The translations under genes were made by a program, and so were the position numbers. DNA of 64,000 nt. Origin: Lepidodermella squamata (Eukaryota; Animalia; Gastrotricha). The notes beneath the pieces are model-generated. The model made no database searches, was not told the DNA's origin, and saw only the letters and a list, made by a program, of their open reading frames with translations. The stretch lies in the NCBI GenBank assembly GCA_047495785.1, contig JBLDXI010000054.1, forward strand, positions 2,542,001 to 2,606,000. The letters are read 5' to 3'. Numbering within the stretch: position 1 is the first letter of the stretch; the number at the start of each line of letters is the position of its first letter. Shown piece by piece: positions 1 to 13,216 of this stretch.

Positions 1-66
1 CAAAATCTATCCAAACAGAAGATAAGATCATAAAACTGCTATTTTTGGCTGGAATTTCTTTTTTCT

Positions 67-1565
67 TTATTTTGGCATTGAAAAACTTTGATACATATTT
101 CGTCTCGTCCATTCGTCTTCCGATAAAACTGTCCTTCTAATTATGTTAGGTTGATTGGCCCAATAACTTGGGTCCCTTTTAAGAGGCGTTCGCCAGTCTT
201 TCCCATAATGACCTTGCAACGCCTTTTCCGGCTCGCATGGTACCAGGTATAGATGGCGTAGAAATATTGTTGAGCAAAGCGACAGATCTGATGGATAAGC
301 ATAGGTTAGAATTGTCCGATTTTCGGCCAGGAATCCGTCGGTGTGGGGTAAATCGTTCGGTAACAAAGCGCTACCCAAATACCAAATGAAAACATCGACT
401 TGAAAAAGTGATTCGATGTATTGAGGCAAGGAGCTTGTGACGTAATACCGAGCCTCAACACCTGAAATCTTAAAATCTCCAAATCTACTGTCAAGTCGCA
501 TTTGAAGTTGTTCGATTTTGTCGGTCCGCTTCAAAGTCAAACTTGCTTTTAATTTGTCATCCTTTTTCATCTGTGCGAAAAACAAAAAGTATTATGCGGA
601 AACGAAGTAGAAACTATACTTACATGAAGCATATTATCGTAAAAGCTGTCGTTCAAGCGCGTGATTGGAACCATTAGATCAATGTCAGTATCGCCTCGAA
701 TTGCTGAGCAATCTCGATACAAGCCAAGCAGTGATCCGCCTTCAAGACCAACGGGCATTCCATTGAGCTTGTAGAATTGTCGAATGGACCATGCAGCGCT
801 CCAAGGTGCTTGATCTTCAATTTCACCATTGACGAATATTTGGTCCATCCTAAAAATGCCATTCTTCAAACAAGGCACAAATCTAGAGTATTTATGCCGG
901 TAATTTGCTTCCGAAAATGAGTGGATATCCCCGACTCCGCGGAATTTAGGAAGATTTTCTGTTTCGAAAATTGCTGGACATAGACAAGGTGGGCAGTTCT
1001 TGCTGATGAGAGAGGTTTGAAACTTGTTCGGAGGCATCCCGTGGCAATACGTGTAGCCTGTGTTCTGGGAATAAAACCGACGAATTTTAGCGAATATAAC
1101 AGCAATTCGATTGTTGAATGCATTTTCGACGACTAGATGAGTTAGATTTTCCGCTTCATTCTGCTTGAAATCGCCACAGCGTATGGCATCCACGTTGATG
1201 GATGCCAAATCTACTGTCGAACAAGCAATAAGTACTTTTTCCGTTTTCAGAATTTCCATCAATGCATCGTCATCTTGAAATCCAATTATCACAAATTTGG
1301 AAAAGCCAAACGCTGCGGTTTCGTTCCAGTCTTCATCTATAAACGGGTAAGCCATAGCAAATAATCCATCCGTCCCATTTAGAGGCAAAGAAGTCCCTCT
1401 CGCCTGAGAAATCGTCCGATTAGCTGAATTTTTCTGCCAGTCTTGAGCAACGGTGTAAATCCAAATGAGTCCAATTAGCGAGTAGATCAGCAAAATACCA
1501 TACAGTGAGCTAGGTATTTGAGTCGGAGCATTTCGCGCTAAACAATCTGTAACACGAAAGCACAT
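67..1565 (-). CDS. LicD/fukutin-family nucleotidyltransferase-fold protein, type II membrane, 2 exons (intron 571-623)
   Basis: N-terminal TM (LYGILLIYSLIGLIWIY). Motif LEGGSLLGLYRD..IRGDTDIDL and C-terminal L..HYGKDWRTP typical of LicD/fukutin/FKRP. A phase-0 GTAAGT..CAG intron joins ORFs 567..1565 and 67..585. Confidence 0.8.
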
Positions 1566-2267
1566 CTTTAATACAACAATGTATATTCTCTTTTCATATG
1601 TATATACTGTCTTATTATACTCCAGGAAAACTAATGCGGCATAACGTTAACAATAGAAATGCCATGTCATTTCCACGTTAGAGAGAAAAACAATCTATTC
1701 CCCTGCTGCTGAAGATGGTGGTTTCATCCGACCCCATTGTGCCCATCTCGCTCTAGTTTTTCAGTCCGGTCAGGTAAAAGTCATTGAAGAGATGAAAATT
1801 CATTTGCTCATCTGATTACTTGGCACGGGCGATAAAACAGGCAGGACAAATTTTACTAACCGGCCTCACAAAATTCCAAGTTTTCAATCTTTTCAGGTTT
1901 AAAATCGACAGTATAATGTATAAAGCCATTTTGCGAGTGAATATGTATTGAGTTGGCTCAATCGGAGCAGCGAATTTCGCGCAAAATTGTCTGATTTATA
2001 ATCCCGATTTAGTCTTTTTAAACTGCGTGTGCCTCGTTATTCTATTCTCATTACTCAAAACCGCAAGTGCACTGAATAGAAGACACTGAGAGTGGCCTCT
2101 TACCAAGGTGTGAACAAAGTCGTCATTTTTCCTATGGCGAGTCGGCGGCGATAAGCCACCAGCGTAATTAACAATGACAAGAAATCGAAGAAAAGAGGCG
2201 CGCATGAATATCAATCGCGCACACGAGGTGCGACCGCGCAAATCATTTACATCACTACCTCAGATTG

Positions 2268-4716
2268 ATGATGTGTTCAGCAATCGCCACTCTCTTACTG
2301 CTCATCGCTGTAGTTCAAGCCGTTGGCCAGGCGTTATCTAATCGGCAGTTGAAGGCCAATATTCAAAACCCGATATCCGTGTTATTTTTGTTACCAAACG
2401 ACGAAGGCGCTGATGACTGCAAAGTGGCGGCTCAAATCGCGTTTGATGTCGCGAATTATAAAGAAACCGGGGCATTGGGGGCTAAATTTGTACCAGATTT
2501 CCGAACGACAGGCATTCAATCGTATGTGACGATGGCGTTGAAATATTCGAAAGCCTGTTCCGAAGAAATGATGAACACCTGTTCACCGATCATCAACGGG
2601 CCGTTCAGCGAGTCAGATTGCGATGCGATCGGCTCATCGGCACATGTCCTTGGCTTGATTAGCCTAACACCAGGGTGTCGCGTGACCACATTCACCGATC
2701 GAACACGCTACCCGAATTTATACCGAAACCAAATCCCTGTCGAAAACCAAATCTACGCAAAAATGAAATTCATCACCGACGTTGGAGGCTGGTCGAGAAT
2801 CGTCCTGCTAACAGCTCTCCCTGGGACTGATAGCAACTTGGTGTCTAAACAATTACAGGCTGAGGCCTGGAAGTACAACATCAGCACACCAATCTTTATG
2901 ACTCTTTTGCCAGATTCTTACCAAACCGCTTTCTCTGAAATCAAGAATAGTCCATTTCATATAATTGTAGCGGATTTTGCGGAGACAAAAGCGCAAGTTG
3001 TGCTGTTTCTCTGCGGGGCAGCTGCCGCAGGAATAACTGCAGATCTCGGCTATGTTTTCATTTTTAAATGGCATGTCTACTCCAACCCTAATGCGCCTGG
3101 TACGGTGCCCACGGCAGGCTGCGATCGATCGCAGCTCCAAAACCAGGTAAATATTTCGGTTATCTAAGGAGGATTTTTTTCAAAATTGTTTTTCATAGTT
3201 TCGTGCGTCCTTTTTTATCGGTGACGCTATTTTACCGGCTTGGTATTACAAAAGTGTCAATAAGACGCTCCTCGGCTACAACTTGACAGAATTTCGCCAG
3301 CAATTTTTCGCAAGAAAGCCCCAAGAGTTGAATCACCCTATTGCCATATCGTGCCATGACACTGCTCTTCAGACAATAGCAGCTCTTCGCGCAGTAAAAT
3401 CAACTGAAAACAAAACAGCGATGAATGAGACTCTCCAAGTTATCTCATCTAAAGTGAAAAAAGTTCTTGAAGCGCTGGAATTTGTTCCTATTGCCAACAG
3501 CGGACGCCCTTTGAAATTTTCACCGCGTCTCGCGATGGATGGCCAAACTCAGTTCGTCTATCAGTTCAATTATATCACGAGTTCAATCGACCTCGTTTAC
3601 CAAATACGGCTGAGAGATATCGAGCAGCCTAATGAGCTTGCTAGCTATGTTATTGAACGGATTCAAGGCCGCCCTATTGAATGGCGGACTGGGGCCAAGC
3701 CACCGACTGATTCGAAACTGATCACATCTACTATAGATTTGATTTCAGTTTCAGCTTACGCGGTTTTATTCGCCATCATTATCTCTCTGTTCCTCGGTCA
3801 ATTTTTCAGTCTAGCAATGACGTTGAGCCTTTTCGGCTTTTCGCCAGTCATGGAAACTCTACCTCGTTGGAAAAGTGCTTTGTTGGAAGGCTTAACTTAC
3901 ATCAACGTAACGGCAATTTTATTCCTTGTCAACACTCCTTCTAGGCTCGATCTACTCTGTAAATTTCGCTGGTTTGCTATTATTGTGGCTACATCTCGAG
4001 TTCACGGTGTCTTGGTTCCTAAAGCCATTCTTTATTACAAGCGAATCAAATGGAGGGAAGACTTCAGCCGCTTCACAAAGTCTGAAGTTGTACAAAAGAA
4101 TGAACGTTTCGTCTTAACCGGATCGGCGATATTTTCGACGGTACTGATTGTCCTTCTACTACTCTGGTTCATGTTGGATCCTCTACGCGGGGTCCTTGTC
4201 CCAGTTTTCGGCAATCCAAAACCAGTTAATGATTTTGTTTTCGTTCAAACTTTGGCGGAGAGTTGTGATTCGGATTACCAGCCCTTTTGGATCGCCTTAT
4301 TTTGCCTGGCCAATGTCGCTTTTCTCGTAGCTGGGACGATTTTTTCTGTGCTGACTCGAGGTGTCGTTTACCAGGTTGAATACGGCTTTGCAGACATTGA
4401 TTACGTCCGATACGCGATTTACGGATCGCTAGTGAATTGTGTTATCTTCATAGTGGTCGTAGCTTCGCTGCATGGTGTGCCAACTCAACAAATGCTAGCA
4501 ACTGCTATTGGATTGGTGATTCAGTCTGCAACTATTGATAGCTTCATCTTTTTCCCAGGAGCAACGCGTAATGCCAAGGAGTTTTTCTTGGTCATTTTCA
4601 AACGCAGAAGGCTTGGCGCTATCGGGATTGAGCCGCGAGCTGGCGAGCCAGAAATGGACTTGAATGACATTTCAGCGCAACAGGTACGGGCCAGTAGTAT
4701 ATCTATCGCGACTTGA
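2268..4716 (+). CDS. Class C GPCR, GABA-B-receptor-like (signal peptide, Venus-flytrap/ANF-receptor domain, 7TM), 2 exons (intron 3147-3198)
   Basis: Hydrophobic signal peptide; GPFSESDC, FTDRTRYPNLYR and GWSRIVLL Venus-flytrap motifs; ~7 hydrophobic segments with LCKFRW, WFMLDPL and ESCDSDY..W; no cysteine-rich domain; in-frame phase-0 GT-AG intron. Confidence 0.8.
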
Positions 4717-5097
4717 ATTGCTGCCATCTCCAGAACGATGATAAATTTTTTGATCAGCTAATAAACGCTATGTGTGGTTTCATAAACATCGTACGGGTGC
4801 AGCTTTCATCATTTTTAAATACTTAGCTCAAGTTTAGAATTTGATCTATATAATATGTCAGAGCACCGATTGATTCGAATCAAGAAGCGCGAAAGTAGCA
4901 ATTAGCAAGTAATCTCGGTTAAACGAAGACGAATGCTTCTACCAACGCTTGCTGTGTTTTATTGAAGTCGAAGAGCATGCAAAGGCTTTCTTTCTCAGCA
5001 TTTTATTTTCAGCCAAACAATTTTCATCTCCAGGTACAAACTTCTCACAATTTATAGAGAGTTGGAGCCAACTGCAGCCAACTGAAGACGCTCCAAC

Positions 5098-5334
5098 TCA
5101 GCTCTTCAGCGATCCGAGGCATAATTCACATTTACCGTACTTACTGTCGTAACCATAAGCACTGCAGCTTTTGTTATGTTCGCATACCACCTGACAGATC
5201 GATTCATTCTTGGCGTATTCACGGTGGACTCCAACCGAGCATTTCGTGGCCAAATCACTCACTTTCTTGCTAGCAGCCGCCATTGCAAGTAAAATGGCTA
5301 ATGCCATAAGCATAGCAGTCTTTGTAAAGGCCAT
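5098..5334 (-). CDS. Small secreted Cys-rich protein, PAN/apple-like module
   Basis: 78 aa, clear signal peptide, 6 Cys, pattern CQVVCEHNKSCSAYGYD...KCELC resembling the PAN/apple core. Confidence 0.55.
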   Translation of the reverse strand: MAFTKTAMLMALAILLAMAAASKKVSDLATKCSVGVHREYAKNESICQVVCEHNKSCSAYGYDSKYGKCELCLGSLKS

Positions 5335-5637
5335 TGTAAGATATTAAGTTGATGTATATTGAATGTGGAAATTATGAAGAAAGATCATAGCTATGATCTC
5401 TCCAGCAGGAATTCTACGTTAAACAGCTGCTCCCTCTTATCGACAATTTCTAGGTGCAAAAATGGAAAAACAAGCAATCGAGCGTAGAAACAGACCGAGA
5501 ACTGGCTAGTGCTTTCACGGACTAGAATGAACTGACGCTTCCTACATCAGAAAAGCAGGCTATCTTTAAATAAAATTATTGACGAATTCGGCCACGTCCA
5601 CAGTAAAGATGCCTCTTCGGAGGTAGGGAGGTAGGTG

Positions 5638-5680
5638 GGACCTGTAGGTAGGACCTGTAGGTAGGACCTGTAGGGAGGTA
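5638..5680. repeat. Short tandem repeat, 13-bp unit GGACCTGTAGGTA, ~3 copies
   Basis: Directly visible. Confidence 0.85.
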
Positions 5681-5983
5681 GGAAGCACAGAAAGGCCATT
5701 AAACACATAGCCATAAGCTTTAATGTAACAACAGTGTCCATCTTCCACGGTCAGATAGATCAGTGCCCGCAAACTTTTTTTACCGCCGGCATTTTTGGCC
5801 TGTTACATCTATTGACCACATTTCTAGATGAATTAAGGATAACAAAAGGCAACGGAACAGCTTGAGAATCATCAATTTTAATACGCGGCACGTTTGAAAA
5901 AGGATTCATGATAAATATATGGTACAGCATACACTGCAAAATAAGAGATAGTATTTATAACGCAGCTTCAAGACGCATTCATT

Positions 5984-8273
5984 TTAAAAATTTTGCTCAG
6001 AGGTGCTCAAATTGACTGCTTCGAAAAATTCTGCAGGAATATTTGCCTTCGGCATAGGAACAGCGTCGTAAGGCGGTGTGAATTTCGTGAATTGGAAGTA
6101 GAAGTCTTTGAACAGTGGCGATGTTACAGCAAATGTATACGGACAGTAGACGGGGGGTCCTCGAATTTCCATCTTGAAAACGTGAGTGCAGTTGCCAAAA
6201 AATGTAAGAGTCTCTTGAAACGCAGCCAGCCGCTGTTCGAAATATGGTTTCTGACTCATGTAATGAATCAGGGCCAACTCGTACCGCGACCGCACTGCTC
6301 GCATTCTATCGACATCTTCAAGCTTAGCAAAATCTGAGAGAAAAACATTTCAAAAACACATTGCTACAAAAGAAACAATCAACATTACTTGGATCGAAAG
6401 TAAGAAGTGTGCAGAAAAGGGCAAACTCTTGAAGATCGCCAACGGATGACATCATTTTGTTGCCAGCTTGGCAAAGGAATCGTTCGAGCACAAAATGCCA
6501 CGGGTTGCATTCCGAAACTTTCTGCCATGCCCCGTTTCTGTCCAAAGACATCGAATTCGGAATTTGCCGCTCCATGTCAAAGTCGAGCGAAAATTGCGCG
6601 ATGAGGATCGGAAAAAAGGCGTTGGTAAACACGACCAACCGGTCTTCCATTGTTGTTGTACTGGTACCAGGTAACAGGGTAATGAATTCGCTGATGCAAC
6701 GGATGTAAGTGTCAAGGGCGACGGACCGCTGAGCAGTTAATCCCCCCATAGCGAAACCTCTCGCAGCAGAGTTAGGCTCAATCTTAATCCTGATTTGAGA
6801 TATCGGAGCCAAGCGAGCGACAGCATCAACAGCTTGATCCAGAAGCCACCGAGATGCATCCCTTTCATCATTTCCGATCACATCGTAAATCGGCGCTGAG
6901 GCTTGAAGAGCGTAATTGAGCGATATGTTGGAACTTGAATCAAACGCTATGGTATCGTTACAGAGCGATAGCGTCGTAGACTCTGGTTCTAGCTGGAGTA
7001 GCTCGTCGATATCGTCCAAAGACATTTCATCCTCTTGTAAGGACAACGTTGGTGATAATGACTTTGAGCCATTCCTCTCCAACTTGGTTTCGTTCTAATA
7101 TGCAAAACATAGAAAATTTCAATTTTTGCATTACTGGAGTTAAGGCTCTAGAAAAGTTAGTTCCGAAGGTGTGGTCATTCGGCAAACTTCGGGGAATCTT
7201 ACCATAGCAGGAACCAAGTTTGATACTCCCCCGCCGCTTGATAACGATTCGCTTCCAGCGCCATCTGAAGTCGAATTCCCGGGCAACAGGTGGTTGCGAT
7301 TGCGTCGGAAAACCGGCTCATGAATCACTGAATTTTGCTGTGCTAATTGCGCGACAGTCGCCTCGATTTCAGCCCGCAGTTCTGTTGTCATTCGGCCCAT
7401 AGCCTTCTCACTCATCGACATGCCAGATTCGACACAGCGTTCAAGCCGGCATTTGCGGCAATTCGAACTGGCCGGGCATCTTCCACCCGGCTCTAACGTC
7501 TTGCATTTGTAGCCGAGTCGAAATTTCCCATTCATCGACCGGCGGAAGAAGCCTTTACAGCCCTCACAAGAAACTACGCCGTAGTGAATGCCCGTGCTTG
7601 ATGCACCGCAAATTCTGCACGGAATTTGTGTGAAATCGAACTGAAAAAATTGAAAATAATGAAAATAAAGAAAATTTCCAAAATTTCGAACTCTGTTTAT
7701 CGCAGCAACTGGTTGAGGCGTTGGCGTTACTACCAGCTGTAGAGGCGAAAGGGTCCTACGTCTCCGCATTGGCGTTTTGATGATGCTCTTCGCAGCTTTC
7801 GGTGGACTAACCCCCGTGGACGATGCCGTACTCCCGGGCGAAATCGATGATCCATTGGCAAGGTCGGATCCCATCAAAACCATACGGCAGCGGATGAATT
7901 TGCAGTAACGGCACTCGCTGGCCTTGTACGTGGTAACCTTACTGATATTTTGCGCACCCTCACCGCCACAGGTGCATGCAAAATTATCGCCGGTTTTGAT
8001 ATGCCGGCAATAGAATCTCTAAAATTTCGAATGATTAATTCGCTTAATTTTTTTTAATTTTTTCCTTACCCGGCAAGATTCACAGATTGAGATAATACTC
8101 GGCAGTATGATTCGTTTGCTTTTTAGGGCGTTCTTTCGAACGGCAACTGAGATCATTTTCGCGCAAACTTGGCATTGAGTCGATATTCGCGACGTTAGTG
8201 TTGTTGTTGTTGATGTAGAATCAGCCTCGGCCAGCTCTAAATTCAAGCTGGTCACAAGCCGCGGGTCGGTCAT
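5984..8273 (-). CDS. Two-DBD nuclear receptor NR1 (5 exons; introns 8019-8069, 7641-7691, 7095-7202, 6334-6388)
   Basis: DBD1 CQVC..CESCR|RFYCR..CTC..CRYCKFIRC; DBD2 CRICGASSTGIHYGVVSCEGCKGFFRRS..CRKCRLERC..GM; LBD signature FITLLPG..EDRLVVF, EFALFCTLL, SPLFKDF. Splice junctions keep the frame. Confidence 0.9.
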
Positions 8274-9373
8274 TTTTCCGTAAGCACCGAAACTAAAGCC
8301 AAAAAAATGGTCAGAATAATAATATCCTGAAATTTTGAGAGTGAGCAGGAAAAGGGACTAAATTGCTGGAAGGTTCATTTCACGGTGTGGATATATCGAA
8401 TATTTGAAAAAGCAATTATTGCCTGCCTTGTTTGGCACGCCAGCAAAAAAACTTGCTCGTTTTCCAGCGATGTATAATGTGTTCTAGCGTTTTTTTCACC
8501 GCGATCAATGGCTCAGGTAGCAAGGTGCGTACAAATATTATTATTAGTATGCTTATATGTAGTAGCATATAGCAAATAATGGAGAGAGGCTATACGCACT
8601 CGTCGCGTTTACTTATTGATGCAAAGCCTGCTCCTGTGGCTATTGACTCAGCAGTTTTTTTTTGACCGACATGTGCTGCGCTCTACGAAAAGCCGGCAAA
8701 CAGTGAATCATGAAATTTGGCTGAAACCGCATTACGCATTATTTGATTTGCGCTTTTAAATTAAATAAATATTAAATCAATTTTCGAACAATGTTTAAAA
8801 AAATATGAATTTTTAATAAAATCAAGCCTAAATTGGTTTTATTGAACTTGAAATCGAAAGCGAAAGTGGAAATCTAAAAATCGAAATATCCGAAAGCAAA
8901 ATAGCAAAACGCGTTCATTAATCGTATCTTTTCAAAAAAATAAAAAATTAAACTTCTTGCTTTCAAAGTGACCCTAATTTTTGGGTCATTTCGAGAGTCC
9001 ATTTTCAAGACATAAAAACCGGCAAGAAAATACCAACTTATCAAATTTTTGAAATTCAACGAAAACAAATATCGAAAAAATTCATCGAAGGTCATTCTTT
9101 GAGAAAAACACATCTCTCAAAAATATTCATTATTTTATTCGGAACGAATTTTTCATAATTTTACACAATAAATAGATGTATTCGTTACAATTTTAGCAAT
9201 AATGATTATCACTTTTCATTCAAAAAACAATCAACCTTCATTGTTACCTGGACAGTGTTTTTACAACTTCATCCTAGTGATATTCACAATGTTTTCTTCG
9301 AAAATAATAATATATGACAGCATAAGTTGCGCAAAATAGCAGAAAATAGTGTCGAGCGGTTAATTTTTTTCGA

Positions 9374-11702
9374 TTATTTACAACTGGGTGCCTCTTGCAA
9401 GCTATTGCACGGCACTGGCGGCGTAAGCGTAACAAACTGCAATTGGAAATCTCGGAATAACGGGGATGACATATTCAAGAACATTGTACAATGCGTTGGC
9501 ATCATGCGAATTTCGCACTGAAAAATGCGCGTCGATCCGCGGAAAAAGTCAACAAGTTGCCGCATTTGTTGCATGCGCATATCGCGCTCAGCTTCATCGA
9601 GAACATTTTCGGCTAAATAATGAAACAACGCCGTTTCGTATCGCGACTCCAACGCCGTGATCAGGCTTGGATTGCTGAGGCCGGGGACTTTCGTATTGAA
9701 ACAAAGTAGACCGCAAAATATCGCAAATTCGCGCAAGTTGAATACCGTTGACGTCATTTGATTGCCGGCATCACATAGAAATCGTTCGGTTAACTGGATC
9801 CATGAACTGCATTTTTCAATCATTTGCCACGCGCCGTTTCTATCAAGATTAAAATGATTCGGAATTTGCTTTTCAACATCGAATTGCAAAGATAACTGCG
9901 CGGCAAGAATCGGGAAAAAGCCGTTTGAAAACAAAATAACGCGATCGTTAATCGCCAACTGGTTCATTCCAGGTAGATTGGTGACAAAATCACTGATTGC
10001 TTTAATGTAAACGTCGAAAGCCTGAACGCGTTGCGTTACTATGTCCCATTTTGTGGTGTTAGCATCAGCTCGGATGACGAGATTGGAAATAGGAGCAAGC
10101 CTGGCAGTGGCTTCAGCGGCGCGATCTATCAACCACCACGATGAATCAACATCGCCGTTAGACATGTTGAAGTACAAATTATGAGTAGGGCTGAGGGACC
10201 ACTCCAACGAGTTGACATCCTCTGGCAGCGTTATTTGAGGTGGAATCATCGACATCAGCGTAGTATTCCAGCCTTCTCCGGAAAAACCTAAATTAGAAAA
10301 ATAAAATAATTTCGAAAAAATCCTCCTTAATTTTTTTACCTTCAAAATTATCCGAATAATTAGAATAATTGTCGCCAAAGGGAACAAGAGCCGTTGAGAC
10401 TTGCATTTGCTCGGCCTCATCCGACGAAATGCCGCTGCTTGACGCCGATAACAGCGCCGTTTCCATCGGCAAATCATCGAGCGAAATCAGCGCTAGTTCG
10501 TCGACATCCGGCTCGAGTTTGACCGAAAAGTTGTCGAAAACGCCACTTTCTCGCGCATCAACCATCATGACCTCGTCGCCGTTGATTGTATTATTACTAG
10601 TAGTCGCATCTTCGTCGGATGAGTTGCCGCTTGAGGTCGATGAATCATCGTCTGATTTTTCCAGTGTGGATGACCTAGCGCGTTTATTACCCCGCCGCGT
10701 AATCGGCTGGCTGAGGGCTGATTTTTCCCTCGCTAATTTCGCAATTGTCTCATCGAGTTCCCGGCGTTGTTGACGATTCAGCCGGCCGATTGCGGATTCA
10801 TTCTGCGACATGCCAGCGGCGTAGCAGCGTTTCAGCCGACATTGCCGGCAGTTCGATGATTGCGGGCAGAGTTTAGCCGGTTCTGCATTGGCGGCTGCGT
10901 CTTTTTCGAATTGTTTGCAACGGTATTGCAGCCGGAATGCGCCGCGAATCGATCGTCGAAAAAAGCCTTTACATCCCTCGCATGAGACAACGCCAAAGTG
11001 AATTCCAGAGCCTAAAAAATTAAATTTAAATTAAAAAATTACGTAAAATTGATTTTTAGTTACTTGAACATCCGCAGACTTTGCATGGAATTTTCGAGAA
11101 ATCAAGTCGCGTATTCGACGTGTTCGTAGAACTGCCGACAGGTTCCGCTTTCGGCACCCTGTGATTAGCCGGCTTTATTGTCGATGATGGCGATGATGAC
11201 GAAACGCCGGTCGAAGACGACGACGAAGATCCGCTCAAGTTAGACTGCGGCGTCACCGGTTGCGATGAAGTTGACGTGCTGAGAAGGGCGGATCGAGAGG
11301 TGGTTGTTCGCTTTTCAGTCGCATTGGCCTTGAGAGCGGCCTGGCAACGGTCGAACCGGCAGCTGCGGCACTCGATCTTGTCGAGACTGAATTGCGACGA
11401 GCCACCGCACGAGCAGACCAGCTTTTCACTCGCTTTCACGCAACGGCAATAAAATTTCTGCAAAAATTACATGTGATTTTAGCAACGGACATTTTTTGAC
11501 CGATCGAGCAGACATAATTCGATTTTTTTAATTTTTTTCGAAAAATTTAGAATAAACTTACTCGACAAGCTTCGCAAATTGGCGGGATGGTTGCCATTTT
11601 TCCGGATTTTGTCAGCATTGGAACTTTAATCGGCCTATCGCAGGCCTTGCAAATTCGAAGATCACCCATAGCGGCTAAACTGTCGTTAGCTACGAGGGCC
11701 AT
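9374..11702 (-). CDS. Two-DBD nuclear receptor NR2 (4 exons; introns 11458-11561, 11012-11063, 10288-10339)
   Basis: DBD1 CKAC..CEACR|KFYCR..CSC..CRSCRFDRC; DBD2 CKVCGCSS|SGIHFGVVSCEGCKGFFRRS; LBD FVTNLPGMNQLAINDRVILF, SPLFRDF. Confidence 0.9.
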
Positions 11703-13216
11703 CTTTAGCGGATTAATTTTCTATGAAAAATAAAGCGCCACCTCAAAGTTAATTAGGTGCAAAATAGAAACAGTGAGCACCCGCGACACTTTGCGGCTTT
11801 TATAAACAGCTCAATATGAGATAACGAATGGTTTCAGGGTAAACTAGATAATAAAAAGCCGAGGAACTTGAGATAACACTGCGGCTCTTGTGTCATGCAG
11901 CAGCTAATTCTTCTGGCTGCTGTGGTGGTGGCGCTTTCTCTTCTCGACATGCGTCTGCTGGCTGGCTGGCTATTACACACATACAAACACGTGAAAGCAC
12001 ACAAAAAAGAACCGTTCTTAGTAATAAAATCACACATATTGCAGAGGCCGTTGTAATAAGAGCCGCCGTGTTCCATCAAGTAATTATTGGGATGTAATAA
12101 TGCTATTTGACACTGCCACGCAGACCCACTATCAATAATCGATGACCGTAAATCATGTGATCTACTATAGCTGGACAAATAAAAGACAAAAATATCGAGC
12201 TCAAGTGAGAAGGGTGCTTAATAATTCAGAGGATCAAAAAGACAATATTTGATCTAAAAAAATCCCGCCTATTTTTATCAAATAACGCAGTTCTTTTCAA
12301 CTTGTCTCAAGTTTGAGGCCAACGACCTTGCAATAAATCGCAACAATGATGTGAAAAAAATGAGCTCATTGCGCTGACAAGCACTGAATGAAAGTTGATG
12401 GAACCAGCTATGATTAAGAGGGCACAACTACAAGGTCACGTTTGCAGTTTTATCGCTTGCGATATGGCAGGAAAGAAGTGTGTTATCTCGCAAACCAGTA
12501 ATAATTGAAAAGATAAATTACGCCTAAACCGCGCGCTCGGTATAGATAGAATTTTAACGTTAACATAAAGGTGACGATCAATAGCTTTCTTCTTTTCCTT
12601 CATTAATAAACGCATATAAAGCGAGCGCTATGTAATAGTAAAAGCACTACGCATGTTTATCAGCTGGTTTTTTTTGACCGACTATGCTTTTGCAGACACG
12701 CGTGAATCATAGTAAAATAACACGTGCCATAATCGTGTACTGCGCTGCGCAATTGAAAAAAAAATACGTGAGTGTTATTCAGTTCTTGTCCGTTAGGAGT
12801 AGAACGCATTTTGACGGGATATGGGAGTTCAGCAGATTATTTATAGCTTCACCTAAAATTCTGCTTTTTATTCAACAGGTATTTTGTGGAAAAATATAAT
12901 CAAGTCACGTGAAAGAAATTCGCGTCAATAAAATAACCACATTATTGCTTGATTTGGGTGGTTTTCCAGGTTAATTCGAGGAAATGAACGAGGCAGCGTA
13001 TTTCAACCGGCATAATTTCCAACGCTTCGAATATCTTGTTATAAAAAAATAGGGTTGACATTTTGTTGAAGAATGAAACCTTGTTTATAGTAAAATCACA
13101 TTTAATTAGAAAATCAAAATTTTATCGCGCAAGAGTCCGGATAATTTTTGTAAAAATCCAGCTTAAAATGTGCGAATACAGATGCGCAGTTGACGTGATG
13201 AAAAATAGACGACGAA

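Noticed and set aside
5547-5772. Short ORFs containing LPTGPTY/LQVLPT repeats
   Set aside because: They arise from the 13-bp tandem repeat; no recognisable domain.
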